Source: a virus. From it: a stretch of 42,619 bases of DNA. The notes beneath the pieces were generated by a model. That model searched no databases. It saw only the letters and a program-made list of their open reading frames with translations, and was not told where the DNA came from. The stretch is from IMG/VR virus record IMGVR_UViG_3300022542_001157, one strand, 5' to 3'. Below are positions 33,492 through 41,644 of the stretch, one piece after another. How positions within the stretch are numbered: position 1 is the stretch's first letter; each line of letters opens with the position of its first letter. The translations under genes and the position numbers were made by a program.

Positions 33492-34005
33492 GGTGGATCA
33501 ATCCTGTGTTAGGGTCCCTTTCCCAGGACCGTTTTTTGTTGATGGCATGTTTTTTGGCCATGGCTTCAAAAATGTCAATTCCTTTCAAGTGGCAATAATC
33601 GAAGAACAAAATCCCAATGTCCGCCGCCTCTAGCGGCAAATCAATAGGTTCTGCGTGTAAAAGCTCTGGGATTTCTTCCATCACCATTTTGGTCAGAGCA
33701 TTTTCAGCGGTCCTATCTTTCCCGATCGCGTCGTCGGCCCATGAAATGATGTCATTGACCAACTCCCGAAAATCCGGGGGTTTTTCCGAAATCGGAGTAT
33801 ACGCGTTACATTCAGTCGGATCATGAAACGGTTCGCAATTAAGTTGGTATTCATCATTCCACGACGGACACTCACGATATCCGCAATTCTTAAACGGGCT
33901 CCAATCCATACAATCTTGTAAACAATGAAAAGTCCCACAGTTGTTTGGGACTTTCGAATTATAGGCCCCACACCCTTTTTTGTGACATTTTTGCGCGTTC
34001 ATCAA
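33475..34005 (-). CDS. mazZ: MazG-like nucleotide pyrophosphohydrolase, MazZ-like (by context), with a Cys/His-rich N-terminal extension
   Basis: C-terminal about 100 aa carry MVMEEIPELL and EAADIGILFFD (EExxE/ExxD MazG motifs). The N-terminal about 70 aa hold about 9 Cys and 3 His. ATGA overlap with purZ. Confidence 0.65.
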   Translation of the reverse strand: MMNAQKCHKKGCGAYNSKVPNNCGTFHCLQDCMDWSPFKNCGYRECPSWNDEYQLNCEPFHDPTECNAYTPISEKPPDFRELVNDIISWADDAIGKDRTAENALTKMVMEEIPELLHAEPIDLPLEAADIGILFFDYCHLKGIDIFEAMAKKHAINKKRSWERDPNTGLIHHVTKN

Positions 34006-35045
34006 ATCTCCACCACGGCGGTTTGGTTTGGCCCCAAACCAAGGAAAGCCAATTTTCCACCTTGTTCATCCGCAATTCTGCTCACAGTTTCAATCATAGC
34101 GGTCCGCTCATTGATGTTAGGCAAATAGTTTACGAAATTTAGGAACACCTCGTCCACACCAGACATTTGGATGGCCTCGGTAATTTGTTGCTCGGAGAAA
34201 GTAAAAATCCGACGGGGCAATTTGGTTACGGTGGTCAATTCCGGTTTGATCCCGATTTGTGCCCACTCAATTTCGTGTTGGTCTTCATAACATGGTCCAG
34301 AATATCCAATTTGCGTTCCGTTTTCGTCATGCCGATTCGCCACCCGGATTGGGAAAGTTCGCGCTGAACCCACCACTTTGGCCAACATTTTGATAGGGAC
34401 CACGGTGTCCGACAGAATTTGTGCTGTTGTGCATTCACGAGAAGTCACATAAGGATAAAGGCCACTGTTGATCCCCAATGAATAACCCTGTGCGCCTTCG
34501 ATTTGAATTTTCTCGGCCTGGTTTAACATGTCCATGTATTGGGCGTGTGTCACCACCGAAAAATAACCAGAGGCCCCACCTTTTGGTAACCAATCGCGAA
34601 TAATCGTTTTTTTGTCCGGGTTGCGGCGGATTTTGTCAATCAAAGCCGCTCCGCAACCTTTTTTAGTGGAACCAATTTTAGTCATTGGACCGGCTTCAAT
34701 GTCAATATGCTCCTGTTGGATCACACAGGCGTTTTCGTGAACAAACACGGGAGGCACTTTTCCTAAAATGTCGCGGTTCTGGTCGATTTCTCGCATTAAA
34801 TTATCGACATTCAGTTGACTTCCCGGCCCGATTAAAGCCACTTCGAAATTAGGGCTTACAATGCCATTGGCCAGCATGGTGTGGATAAATTTTCTTCCAG
34901 TTTCATCAATATAGGTGTGTCCGGCGTTGGCCGACCAAGCCGTAACCAATGTATCAGGTTTATCGCGCTTGGCTAAATACCCCGCAATCAAACCCTTTCC
35001 AGTGCTTCCAAACTGCAAATCGCAGATCAAAGTAGCTTTCTCCAT
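34002..35045 (-). CDS. purZ: PurZ-like short adenylosuccinate-synthetase homologue (N6-succino-2-amino-2'-deoxyadenylate synthase)
   Basis: 347 aa versus about 430 for PurA. DLQFGSTGKG aligns with the PurA GDEGKGK P-loop with Asp to Ser. NAGHT, IGSTKKGCG, EGAQGYSLGINSGLYPYVTS are conserved. Adjacent to MazG and HD genes. Confidence 0.8.
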   Translation of the reverse strand: MEKATLICDLQFGSTGKGLIAGYLAKRDKPDTLVTAWSANAGHTYIDETGRKFIHTMLANGIVSPNFEVALIGPGSQLNVDNLMREIDQNRDILGKVPPVFVHENACVIQQEHIDIEAGPMTKIGSTKKGCGAALIDKIRRNPDKKTIIRDWLPKGGASGYFSVVTHAQYMDMLNQAEKIQIEGAQGYSLGINSGLYPYVTSRECTTAQILSDTVVPIKMLAKVVGSARTFPIRVANRHDENGTQIGYSGPCYEDQHEIEWAQIGIKPELTTVTKLPRRIFTFSEQQITEAIQMSGVDEVFLNFVNYLPNINERTAMIETVSRIADEQGGKLAFLGLGPNQTAVVEI

Positions 35046-35062
35046 TTCATTCCTTTTGAAAG

Positions 35063-35078
35063 CCGCCCGAAGGCGGCA
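35063..35078 (-). terminator. GC hairpin between the DUF2303-like gene and purZ (attenuator or processing site)
   Basis: GCCGCC-TTCG-GGCGGC followed by TTTCAAAAGG on the minus strand. Only three U residues follow. Confidence 0.4.
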
Positions 35079-35085
35079 GGTTTAA

Positions 35086-35961
35086 TTACAAATCGCCCTT
35101 AAGAACCTCAATACCGACCCCTTCGAACACTTTTTCGGGATCTTTTTCGGAACCAACATTTCCACCGTTGATTCTTCTGCAGATCATGTCAAACGCTTTT
35201 TCCTTCAAAACTTCAGCTTGATCAATAATGAAGAAAAATTTAGCCTGGCCATTTCCGAGTCTGTGGAGCATCCGAATCGTAATTTGGAAAATATCCCCAC
35301 CCTTGTAAATTGGGATGGCGAGAATGAATTGGCGGGGGATTGAAAGGGTGCCTTTCCCGACTTCGTCGTTTTCGTAGTGCAGAACCCGACGACCCGACAC
35401 CCGGTCCACCTTGGAGGTAAATTTTTCCTGGAAGGTGGCTTCCAAATTTTCGATAATCGAAGAAAGTTCCAGGGCAGAAATGTTTTCAATTTCTTTTCCA
35501 TCCCCGTCTGGGATGTTGCCCACCATGAAATCTGTCCGGTTGTTTTCCAAGAATTCCGCAAACCCGGACTGGTCCATGCGATTTCCCTCGGCACTAGACC
35601 AAATTCGCCATTGTTTAGAGAACCCAATATCCAGGTGGGTTGTGAAATCTCCCCATCCAGGCTCCTCGCCGTGGGCGTTAAAAATGGCCTTTGCCTTAGC
35701 CGTTTTTTCATCGGCGACCACTAAAGTTGCTGGGGTTTTGTGTAGATTCACATAATGGCAGAAACTCTTGGTTTCGGTAAAATTTCGGTCCCCAGACTTT
35801 CTGTTGGGGCAGGCGGCGTTGTTGCGGATCTCCACCACCTTTTGCCCCTGGGGGATAGCAAAATGGGTTAGTTCCCCGTCGTCATACAACTCCTGGAACT
35901 CGGCACTTTCTTTCCCGAGTTCGACCGCCGATTCGATAATATTCTGTTCTGATTGGCTCAA
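35086..35961 (-). CDS. DUF2303 (YfdQ-like) family protein
   Basis: Pattern KSF-x-HYVN-x-H...GWGDF...SKQW-x-W...MDQSGFAEFLENN-x-DF recalls YfdQ-type prophage proteins. Confidence 0.55.
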   Translation of the reverse strand: MSQSEQNIIESAVELGKESAEFQELYDDGELTHFAIPQGQKVVEIRNNAACPNRKSGDRNFTETKSFCHYVNLHKTPATLVVADEKTAKAKAIFNAHGEEPGWGDFTTHLDIGFSKQWRIWSSAEGNRMDQSGFAEFLENNRTDFMVGNIPDGDGKEIENISALELSSIIENLEATFQEKFTSKVDRVSGRRVLHYENDEVGKGTLSIPRQFILAIPIYKGGDIFQITIRMLHRLGNGQAKFFFIIDQAEVLKEKAFDMICRRINGGNVGSEKDPEKVFEGVGIEVLKGDL

Positions 35962-35995
35962 TTTTTATCCTTTTCGATTAAAAGTTAAAGAAAAT

Positions 35996-36337
35996 TTAAA
36001 CTCGGTTCACAACTTTTTTGTGATCTTCAATCCGGGTCACATTCCCCGGGTCCACTTTTTCTATCGTGGGGTCTTCATCATGCAACCGATTCTGATCATC
36101 GGTAAACATTTGGACAGTTTCCAAAGCTTCCCGTGGGACCTGTGGTCGGACTTGCGACCCCACTTGGATTTTGTTCTGCCCAGTCCGTTTGTACTGTAAT
36201 TCAATGACCAGTTTTCCTTGTCTCCCGGTCCTCATCACAGCCTCAATGACTTTTTCCTGCTCGACTGTCATTTCATCCAAAAGATTTCCAACCCCATAAC
36301 TTTTGAGGTTGCTTAAAAATTCATTTTCTCCACTCAT
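35996..36337 (-). CDS. Hypothetical protein, 113 aa
   Basis: ORF in an operon context. Confidence 0.65.
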   Translation of the reverse strand: MSGENEFLSNLKSYGVGNLLDEMTVEQEKVIEAVMRTGRQGKLVIELQYKRTGQNKIQVGSQVRPQVPREALETVQMFTDDQNRLHDEDPTIEKVDPGNVTRIEDHKKVVNRV

Positions 36338-36349
36338 TCCATTTCTCCT

Positions 36350-36595
36350 TTAAAATGGGATATCATCAAGTTCGTCGTCCCCAACGGGGGCGGACGCGGG
36401 TTTCGGTTGGGGTGGCACGTCCTTTGCAGTTAGGGCAATCGACATGAACTTTCCCGTCCTCCCGTCCTTCAACCACGCTGACATCCAATATTCGACCCCT
36501 TCAACATTTAGAGTCCCAGTATACAGCGGGTGTGTTTCTTTCGTTTTCCGATCGTTTTTGAATAATGCCCCGGAATTTGTGTTATCGTACGCCAT
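36350..36595 (-). CDS. Small SSB-like protein, 81 aa, with a bacterial-SSB-type acidic tail (DDELDDIPF)
   Basis: ATG 36595 behind AAGGAGAGAGAATAAA. C-terminal DDIPF tip. The ORF-track 5' extension to 36820 would overlap the polymerase gene by 56 nt. Confidence 0.55.
   Translation of the reverse strand: MAYDNTNSGALFKNDRKTKETHPLYTGTLNVEGVEYWMSAWLKDGRTGKFMSIALTAKDVPPQPKPASAPVGDDELDDIPF
36413..36428 (+). promoter_or_regulatory. sigma54-type motif, antisense inside the SSB-like gene
   Basis: TGGCACGTCCTTTGCA, exact consensus. Confidence 0.4.
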
Positions 36596-36764
36596 TTTAT
36601 TCTCTCTCCTTTTGGGGTTGGTTTTCCTTGTACCGTTTTGCGCATTCTTTATGTAAAATTCGTGGAAGATCGTCTCCAGACCATTTGGGTATGGGAAGAA
36701 TTGTGTGTTGGTTTCCCCATAACAAACCACCGCAGGACCAACAAAAAATTTACTCGTGGTTTTT

Positions 36765-38609
36765 TCATGTTGCTTTCTCCGCTTTGGTGGCTTCCCACCA
36801 ATTTTTAGACGGTTTCCCAAAATCGATCCGTATTGGAACCTTGAGTAAATCTTTCTTGTCTTCTATCAGTCGCCTGATTTCTTTCAAGTGCTTGATGGAC
36901 TCCGCGTTATCCGGGAGCGATAAACTATATTCATCGTGGATATTTAAAAGAAGTCGGGCGGCGGGATATTCGGAAGCTAAATATTCACAAGTGAGCGCGA
37001 TATTGAGTTTGTTCAGATCCGCCGATGAACCTTGGTAAATCAGGCCAGACGCCTTTCTCGCCCCATACCCTTTGGGGAACCTGATATGGCGGCCCAAAAT
37101 GGTTCTGATATACCCCCGGCGCTCGGCCACATTTTGGGCCTTGCGGGCCATTTCTCGGATTCCTGGAACCATTTTGTGGTAGCTCTCCACCATAGCTAAG
37201 GCCTCAGGACCAGCCTTTTTGAAAACAATCGTTTCTCCAAATTTAGTGGTAAATTTGTCTTCTGTCCATGGGAGTCCCACCGCGTCTGCCATAGCCCCAG
37301 ACCCCATATTGAAAACCATTCCAAGATTCAGTTGCTTGGCGTTTGGCCCACCATTAGCCGGTTTATTCCTTGGAAGCCCGGTCAAATCAGCAACCTTGGT
37401 GTGGAAGTCCAAATTGGGGTTGCTGCGGTATTCTTCAATGATCTTAGGGTTGTTGACATAGTGTGCAAACACCCTATACTCATGTTGATCCAAATCCCCG
37501 TATGCCCAAGCTTGCCCTTCATCTGGGATAAAAATCGGGCGGACCAAAGCGGCGATTTCTTTGTCGCGGGCAGGGATTTGTTGGAGTGCCGGTTCTACAT
37601 AGGACAATCGCCCGGTGCCGGTACCACCCTCATCACCTTTGGTCTGGTTGATCGTGGGAAAAACTTTTCCTTGATATTCGTGCCCCAGGATATGTCCCTT
37701 AATAAAGGTGTCTCGGGTTTTCATGTATTTCCGTACTTTCAAGATCACGGCGGCGGCTGGGTGTTTCATTTTCTCCAGACTTTCTTTGGCCAGGGACGGT
37801 GCCCCTTTCTTGGTCGTCCCAATGACCGTGCCATCGATAGTTTCCCACAACCCGTCTTTCCTCTTCTTGGGCTCGAACAATTTTTTAATGCTTCCGGACG
37901 GATTCGGATTGACCGGGAATCCAGCGATATCATCCAAATATTTCCGAAGCAAATCAACCTCTTTGGTCAGGGCTTCTATTTGAATTTCAGCGGCGGCGGG
38001 GTCCACACGAATTCCTCGCCTTTCCATTTCCACGATGTGTGGAAACAGTCGCCGTTCAAAATTGTATATTTGCCCCAACCCCTGTTTGGTTATTTCTTTC
38101 TCTTGCCATTTCCATAGCTCCATGGCCACATTGGTGTCCTGTTTGGCATACCGGGCCATCAATTCAACTGGTGCTTTGTGAAAATTTTTCACTTGCGCGT
38201 TTCGAGTGGCCATGCCACCAAAAATTTTGGCCAACTCCACGTAAATGTCTGAATCTTTCCGGATGCCCAAATATTTTTTGGCCAGGGCATCAAGATTGTA
38301 TTCGTGCAAATGCTCATTGATCAACGCCCCCCGAATCATGGTACAATCGCAAATTGCGGGGTCCAAGGCCACCCCTGCTCCACGAAGCATATGGATGTCA
38401 AATTTGATATTGTGGTTCACCACACGATTGATATTGGTTTTAAGCTGGTCCCGCAACCAATCCAGGGATTTTGGGGTTTCGCGAATATCATAATAAGCTG
38501 ATCCTTGGGAATCCGAAACCGAGAAACCAAACAATTTATCCCGGTTCCAATCCACGCCGGTGGATTCGATATCAATGGCACAAAATTTGTTGATGTTTCT
38601 AAATTCCAT
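36765..38609 (-). CDS. dpoZ: Family A DNA polymerase with 3'-5' exonuclease domain (DpoZ-type by genomic context)
   Basis: Exo I AIDIESTG, Exo II NHNIKFDIHML, Exo III YAKQDT. Pol motif A DLDQHEYRV, motif B K-x3-NLGMVFNMG, motif C NIHDEY. ATG 38609 (or TTG 38612). Confidence 0.9.
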   Translation of the reverse strand: MEFRNINKFCAIDIESTGVDWNRDKLFGFSVSDSQGSAYYDIRETPKSLDWLRDQLKTNINRVVNHNIKFDIHMLRGAGVALDPAICDCTMIRGALINEHLHEYNLDALAKKYLGIRKDSDIYVELAKIFGGMATRNAQVKNFHKAPVELMARYAKQDTNVAMELWKWQEKEITKQGLGQIYNFERRLFPHIVEMERRGIRVDPAAAEIQIEALTKEVDLLRKYLDDIAGFPVNPNPSGSIKKLFEPKKRKDGLWETIDGTVIGTTKKGAPSLAKESLEKMKHPAAAVILKVRKYMKTRDTFIKGHILGHEYQGKVFPTINQTKGDEGGTGTGRLSYVEPALQQIPARDKEIAALVRPIFIPDEGQAWAYGDLDQHEYRVFAHYVNNPKIIEEYRSNPNLDFHTKVADLTGLPRNKPANGGPNAKQLNLGMVFNMGSGAMADAVGLPWTEDKFTTKFGETIVFKKAGPEALAMVESYHKMVPGIREMARKAQNVAERRGYIRTILGRHIRFPKGYGARKASGLIYQGSSADLNKLNIALTCEYLASEYPAARLLLNIHDEYSLSLPDNAESIKHLKEIRRLIEDKKDLLKVPIRIDFGKPSKNWWEATKAEKAT

Positions 38610-40065
38610 CAAAAACCCCCACCAATACTGGGTTGTCCACTGTCACAATATCCAGTTGGTGTTTGGCTCGGGTCACACCAACATAAAACACCCGGTATTC
38701 AGAATCGGGGTCCTTGTGGAAATTTTCACTAGTTTTCTGCCCCATGCCATCCAAAAGGATTATTCGGTCATCTTCATCACCCTTAAAGCCATGGATCGTG
38801 GAAAGTTGGATTGTAGGAATGCCACGAATGCTCCCATACTTGGCCTCAATTCTGGACAAATAATTTAAAATTCTGGTGCTTCCAGTAAACGCTTTCCCCC
38901 AATGGTCATATATGTCAAAATCCCCATTCTTAAGCGCCCGGAAAGCACCGGGGTGCATGAACCTTTTCATTTTATTGATTTCCGGATCGGTTAATCTAAA
39001 ATTTCCGAACATTTTGAAATCATCAAAGGCTGTGACCCAATTTTTAATCGCTTGGGCCATGGGAGATTCATTGACTCCAGGTTTCCCGTTCAGAACCCGG
39101 TACGGGACCGCTAGCGCAATCAAATGGTCTTCGATGTCCCCACGCAATGAATGGTTGCGATACAGGATTGAACATTTTTCGCCATGTTCAATTTCTAGTT
39201 GCCCAATGTCCCCAAACATGCGGACGGTGCCTTCCTCGGGCCGGGGCTTGTACTCCTTGTCAATCCGTACTTTCACCCTTCGAATAACAGACTCAGCGGC
39301 TTTGTGTACCTTCGCGGGTACACGGTAGCTCTGCCCGAGGATTTCCTGTTCTGCTTGGTGTAATTCTTTCCATTTGGAAATTCCTTGTGGGTCAGCCCCA
39401 CCCCAAGAGAAAATTGCTTGGTCATCGTCACCACTGACGATGACAGTACGGATTTCAGTGGCCCAATAGTTGATCAGTTTCCACTGAAGAGGGGAAAGGT
39501 CCTGGGCTTCGTCCACAAAAAGGATATCCAAATCTGGAACCCCAGCCCCTACAGCCATTTCCAACATGTCATTGAAGTCAATGACTCCATAACCTTTTTT
39601 GAAGCTCTCCAGGCTGTCAATAAAATACTTGAAGACGGAATAACTTCCCGGCCTATGGGATTCCATATAAACCATTTTGGCATCTTCGGCCAGTATAGCT
39701 TTGGAATACTGGTAAATCGCTAACAATTCATCGCCCAATTCAATCTGGTCATTGTCCTCAACGTTCCTGTTGGTGATTTCAATTCCGGTTTTTTTGGACA
39801 AATCGCGGTAAAATTCGTAATCCGCGACCTGAGACCGGTTGATCCCAGCTTGTTTAAAGGCTATCGAATGGATGGTGCCGACAAATTCCGACCCAATACC
39901 GGCTCTTTTAGCCAGAACCTTGGCGGCCACTTTGGTGAATGTGACCAACCCAATTCTCTTGGGGTCGGTCCCCGATGATACATACTCTTGCACCAAAGAG
40001 ATAATTTTCGTGGTCTTTCCGGTTCCAGGAGGGCCTACAATAGTCCTTCTAAAAGGATTGGTCAC
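38599..40065 (-). CDS. UvrD/PcrA-like superfamily 1 helicase
   Basis: GPPGTGKTT, LFVDEAQDL, SGDDDQAIFSWGGA, TIHGFKGDEDD, YVGVTRAK. GTG start behind AGAGGGGG. Confidence 0.9.
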   Translation of the reverse strand: MTNPFRRTIVGPPGTGKTTKIISLVQEYVSSGTDPKRIGLVTFTKVAAKVLAKRAGIGSEFVGTIHSIAFKQAGINRSQVADYEFYRDLSKKTGIEITNRNVEDNDQIELGDELLAIYQYSKAILAEDAKMVYMESHRPGSYSVFKYFIDSLESFKKGYGVIDFNDMLEMAVGAGVPDLDILFVDEAQDLSPLQWKLINYWATEIRTVIVSGDDDQAIFSWGGADPQGISKWKELHQAEQEILGQSYRVPAKVHKAAESVIRRVKVRIDKEYKPRPEEGTVRMFGDIGQLEIEHGEKCSILYRNHSLRGDIEDHLIALAVPYRVLNGKPGVNESPMAQAIKNWVTAFDDFKMFGNFRLTDPEINKMKRFMHPGAFRALKNGDFDIYDHWGKAFTGSTRILNYLSRIEAKYGSIRGIPTIQLSTIHGFKGDEDDRIILLDGMGQKTSENFHKDPDSEYRVFYVGVTRAKHQLDIVTVDNPVLVGVFDGI

Positions 40066-40363
40066 TTAGGGCCCCCTCTTCATACTCAGAAACGAGAATT
40101 TCGTTCAAAAGCGATATTATTTCGTCAATAACATCGAAATATTCCCCTCTGGTGATGGTTTTTAGTACCCCATCCACTAATTCGAAATCAGCGCTCAAAC
40201 TGGTGGATTTTCCTTCCTTCCATACAGCGAATCTTGGGTTTGAATAATGGGACAGTAGAGCTATGATATAACCTGAACCGTTACTATTAAAAAGGGTGTG
40301 CCTCAAGTCCCCGTATTCCTTGTCTTTCTGGGTAAACCATTTCAATTTGTCAATCACTTTCAT
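40049..40363 (-). CDS. Hypothetical protein, 104 aa
   Basis: ATG 40363 behind AAACAGGAGATTAGAA (cassette variant). Confidence 0.65.
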   Translation of the reverse strand: MKVIDKLKWFTQKDKEYGDLRHTLFNSNGSGYIIALLSHYSNPRFAVWKEGKSTSLSADFELVDGVLKTITRGEYFDVIDEIISLLNEILVSEYEEGALSDQSF

Positions 40364-40409
40364 TTCTAATCTCCTGTTTCCTTTAAAACTTAGGGCCATG
40401 CTGTTAAAT

Positions 40410-40425
40410 TGGCATGGCCCTTGCA
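40410..40425 (+). promoter_or_regulatory. sigma54-type motif, intergenic, antisense orientation
   Basis: TGGCATGGCCCTTGCA. Confidence 0.4.
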
Positions 40426-40428
40426 TTT

Positions 40429-40713
40429 CTACTGCTCAGTTGCTTTTTGAAATCGGCGGCTGTCGTAATGAAATTCAATAAAATCGCCGTCGGGGTCAGT
40501 AACCCCCAATTTGATGTCCAATAACTCCATGAAGTATGGGGAACCGGCGTCTCTGTTTGTGTCGGTGATTGGCGCATCAAGAACCTCTGTGACAATCATA
40601 GGACTTTCCGACCGGCGATTCTTCATTCCGGGTTTCCATTCCACAATATCACCTTCCGAAAAGGTTTGCTTGTCGTTCAAAGATTTAAAGCGGGCTTTCA
40701 GTATTTCGTACAT
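40429..40713 (-). CDS. Hypothetical protein, 94 aa
   Basis: TAGGAGAAACAATG start. Confidence 0.65.
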   Translation of the reverse strand: MYEILKARFKSLNDKQTFSEGDIVEWKPGMKNRRSESPMIVTEVLDAPITDTNRDAGSPYFMELLDIKLGVTDPDGDFIEFHYDSRRFQKATEQ

Positions 40714-40743
40714 TGTTTCTCCTACATAGTATTATTCAAAAAG

Positions 40744-40819
40744 AGGGGCGGGTTGGACTCGAACCAACATACACGCCCCAGACGCCGCATTCCCAAAACT
40801 ACTTAGCGCACTTCGCCCC
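40744..40819 (-). ncRNA. tRNA-like element: acceptor stem and canonical T-arm, but no convincing D or anticodon arms
   Basis: The minus strand reads GGGGCGA...GTTGG-TTCGAGT-CCAAC-CCGCCCC-T, 76 nt. An internal second GGGGCG could pair alternatively with the 3' CGCCCC. Confidence 0.35.
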
Positions 40820-40828
40820 TTTCAAAAA

Positions 40829-41596
40829 TTAAAACGGCTCGTCGCCTTCTGTTTCCTCGGGGGCAGTGGAAGCGCTTTCTTCATCACGATTAATCGTGAC
40901 CGCCCCAGCTTTGATTTGCTCGTACAGCTTTTCCGCTTCCATATACGCTTTTTCGGAAACAAAACCCTTGGCAGAAACTTTCAGGTTCTGGAAATCTTGC
41001 CCTTGCTGGTTCTTGTCCCCTACACCTTCGATTTTGTACAACCTGGAGAAACTATCACCCCCGTTCATCCGAATCAGGGAATTCCAACGGCGGGCCACCT
41101 TGTTTTTAGACTTGGCCATTGAAACCACCATTTGTTCGATGGTTTCATTCACGGTATTGGGGTTGGTGATCAGCAAGCAATAAAACTGGCTGGTCGGTAC
41201 GGATTCCCAATCATCAGGTCTTTCCTGCTCGGTCAGAGCTTGTTGCGCTTCGGCATCTGTAGGAAATGCCCCCCCAAACCCGCCACCCTGCTTCATGTCC
41301 TTCCAGACAATATATTCCTTTTGGAACATGACTGGGATTGCGTAAATTTCGGCCCCATAAACTTTCCGGGTGACGTTGTTATATAAATCGCCCTCCTCGC
41401 AATCTTCAATATAATCAGGCTCGTTTTTCTTTTTGCAACTGGATAAGGCTTGTACCAACATCAATCTGGGGATTTCAACATCATCAATCCCGGTATTCTC
41501 GGCCCCCCGTTGGGAGTCCTGTTTAATATACGCCGGAACCGCCGCGTCTTGGGCCACTTCGACATCTGTTCTGGTTGTTTTGTCTTTCTTTGCCAT
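40829..41596 (-). CDS. Putative ssDNA-binding/annealing protein, 255 aa, with an acidic C-terminal tail ending DEPF
   Basis: EIPRLMLVQALS-type N-terminal motif. C-terminus EETEGDEPF resembles SSB/gp2.5-type interaction tails. Confidence 0.5.
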   Translation of the reverse strand: MAKKDKTTRTDVEVAQDAAVPAYIKQDSQRGAENTGIDDVEIPRLMLVQALSSCKKKNEPDYIEDCEEGDLYNNVTRKVYGAEIYAIPVMFQKEYIVWKDMKQGGGFGGAFPTDAEAQQALTEQERPDDWESVPTSQFYCLLITNPNTVNETIEQMVVSMAKSKNKVARRWNSLIRMNGGDSFSRLYKIEGVGDKNQQGQDFQNLKVSAKGFVSEKAYMEAEKLYEQIKAGAVTINRDEESASTAPEETEGDEPF

Positions 41597-41644
41597 TTCA
41601 ACTACTCCATTTAAAATTTGATAATTTTAACATTAAATTAGCGC

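Noticed and set aside
36596-36820. N-terminal extension of the SSB-like ORF (156-aa version)
   Set aside because: It would overlap the polymerase gene by 56 nt and lacks an RBS. The internal ATG at 36595 has AAGGAG upstream and yields a compact protein. The 170-nt gap is left unassigned.
37332-38117. 261-aa plus-strand ORF
   Set aside because: Antisense to the family A polymerase. No motifs.
40744-40819. Bona fide tRNA gene (anticodon region TTTTGGGAA suggested Pro or Gln) or an attP core
   Set aside because: I could not fold D or anticodon stems even allowing G-U pairs. No integrase or recombinase is present anywhere in the window, so an attP role is unsupported. Reported as a tRNA-like element instead.
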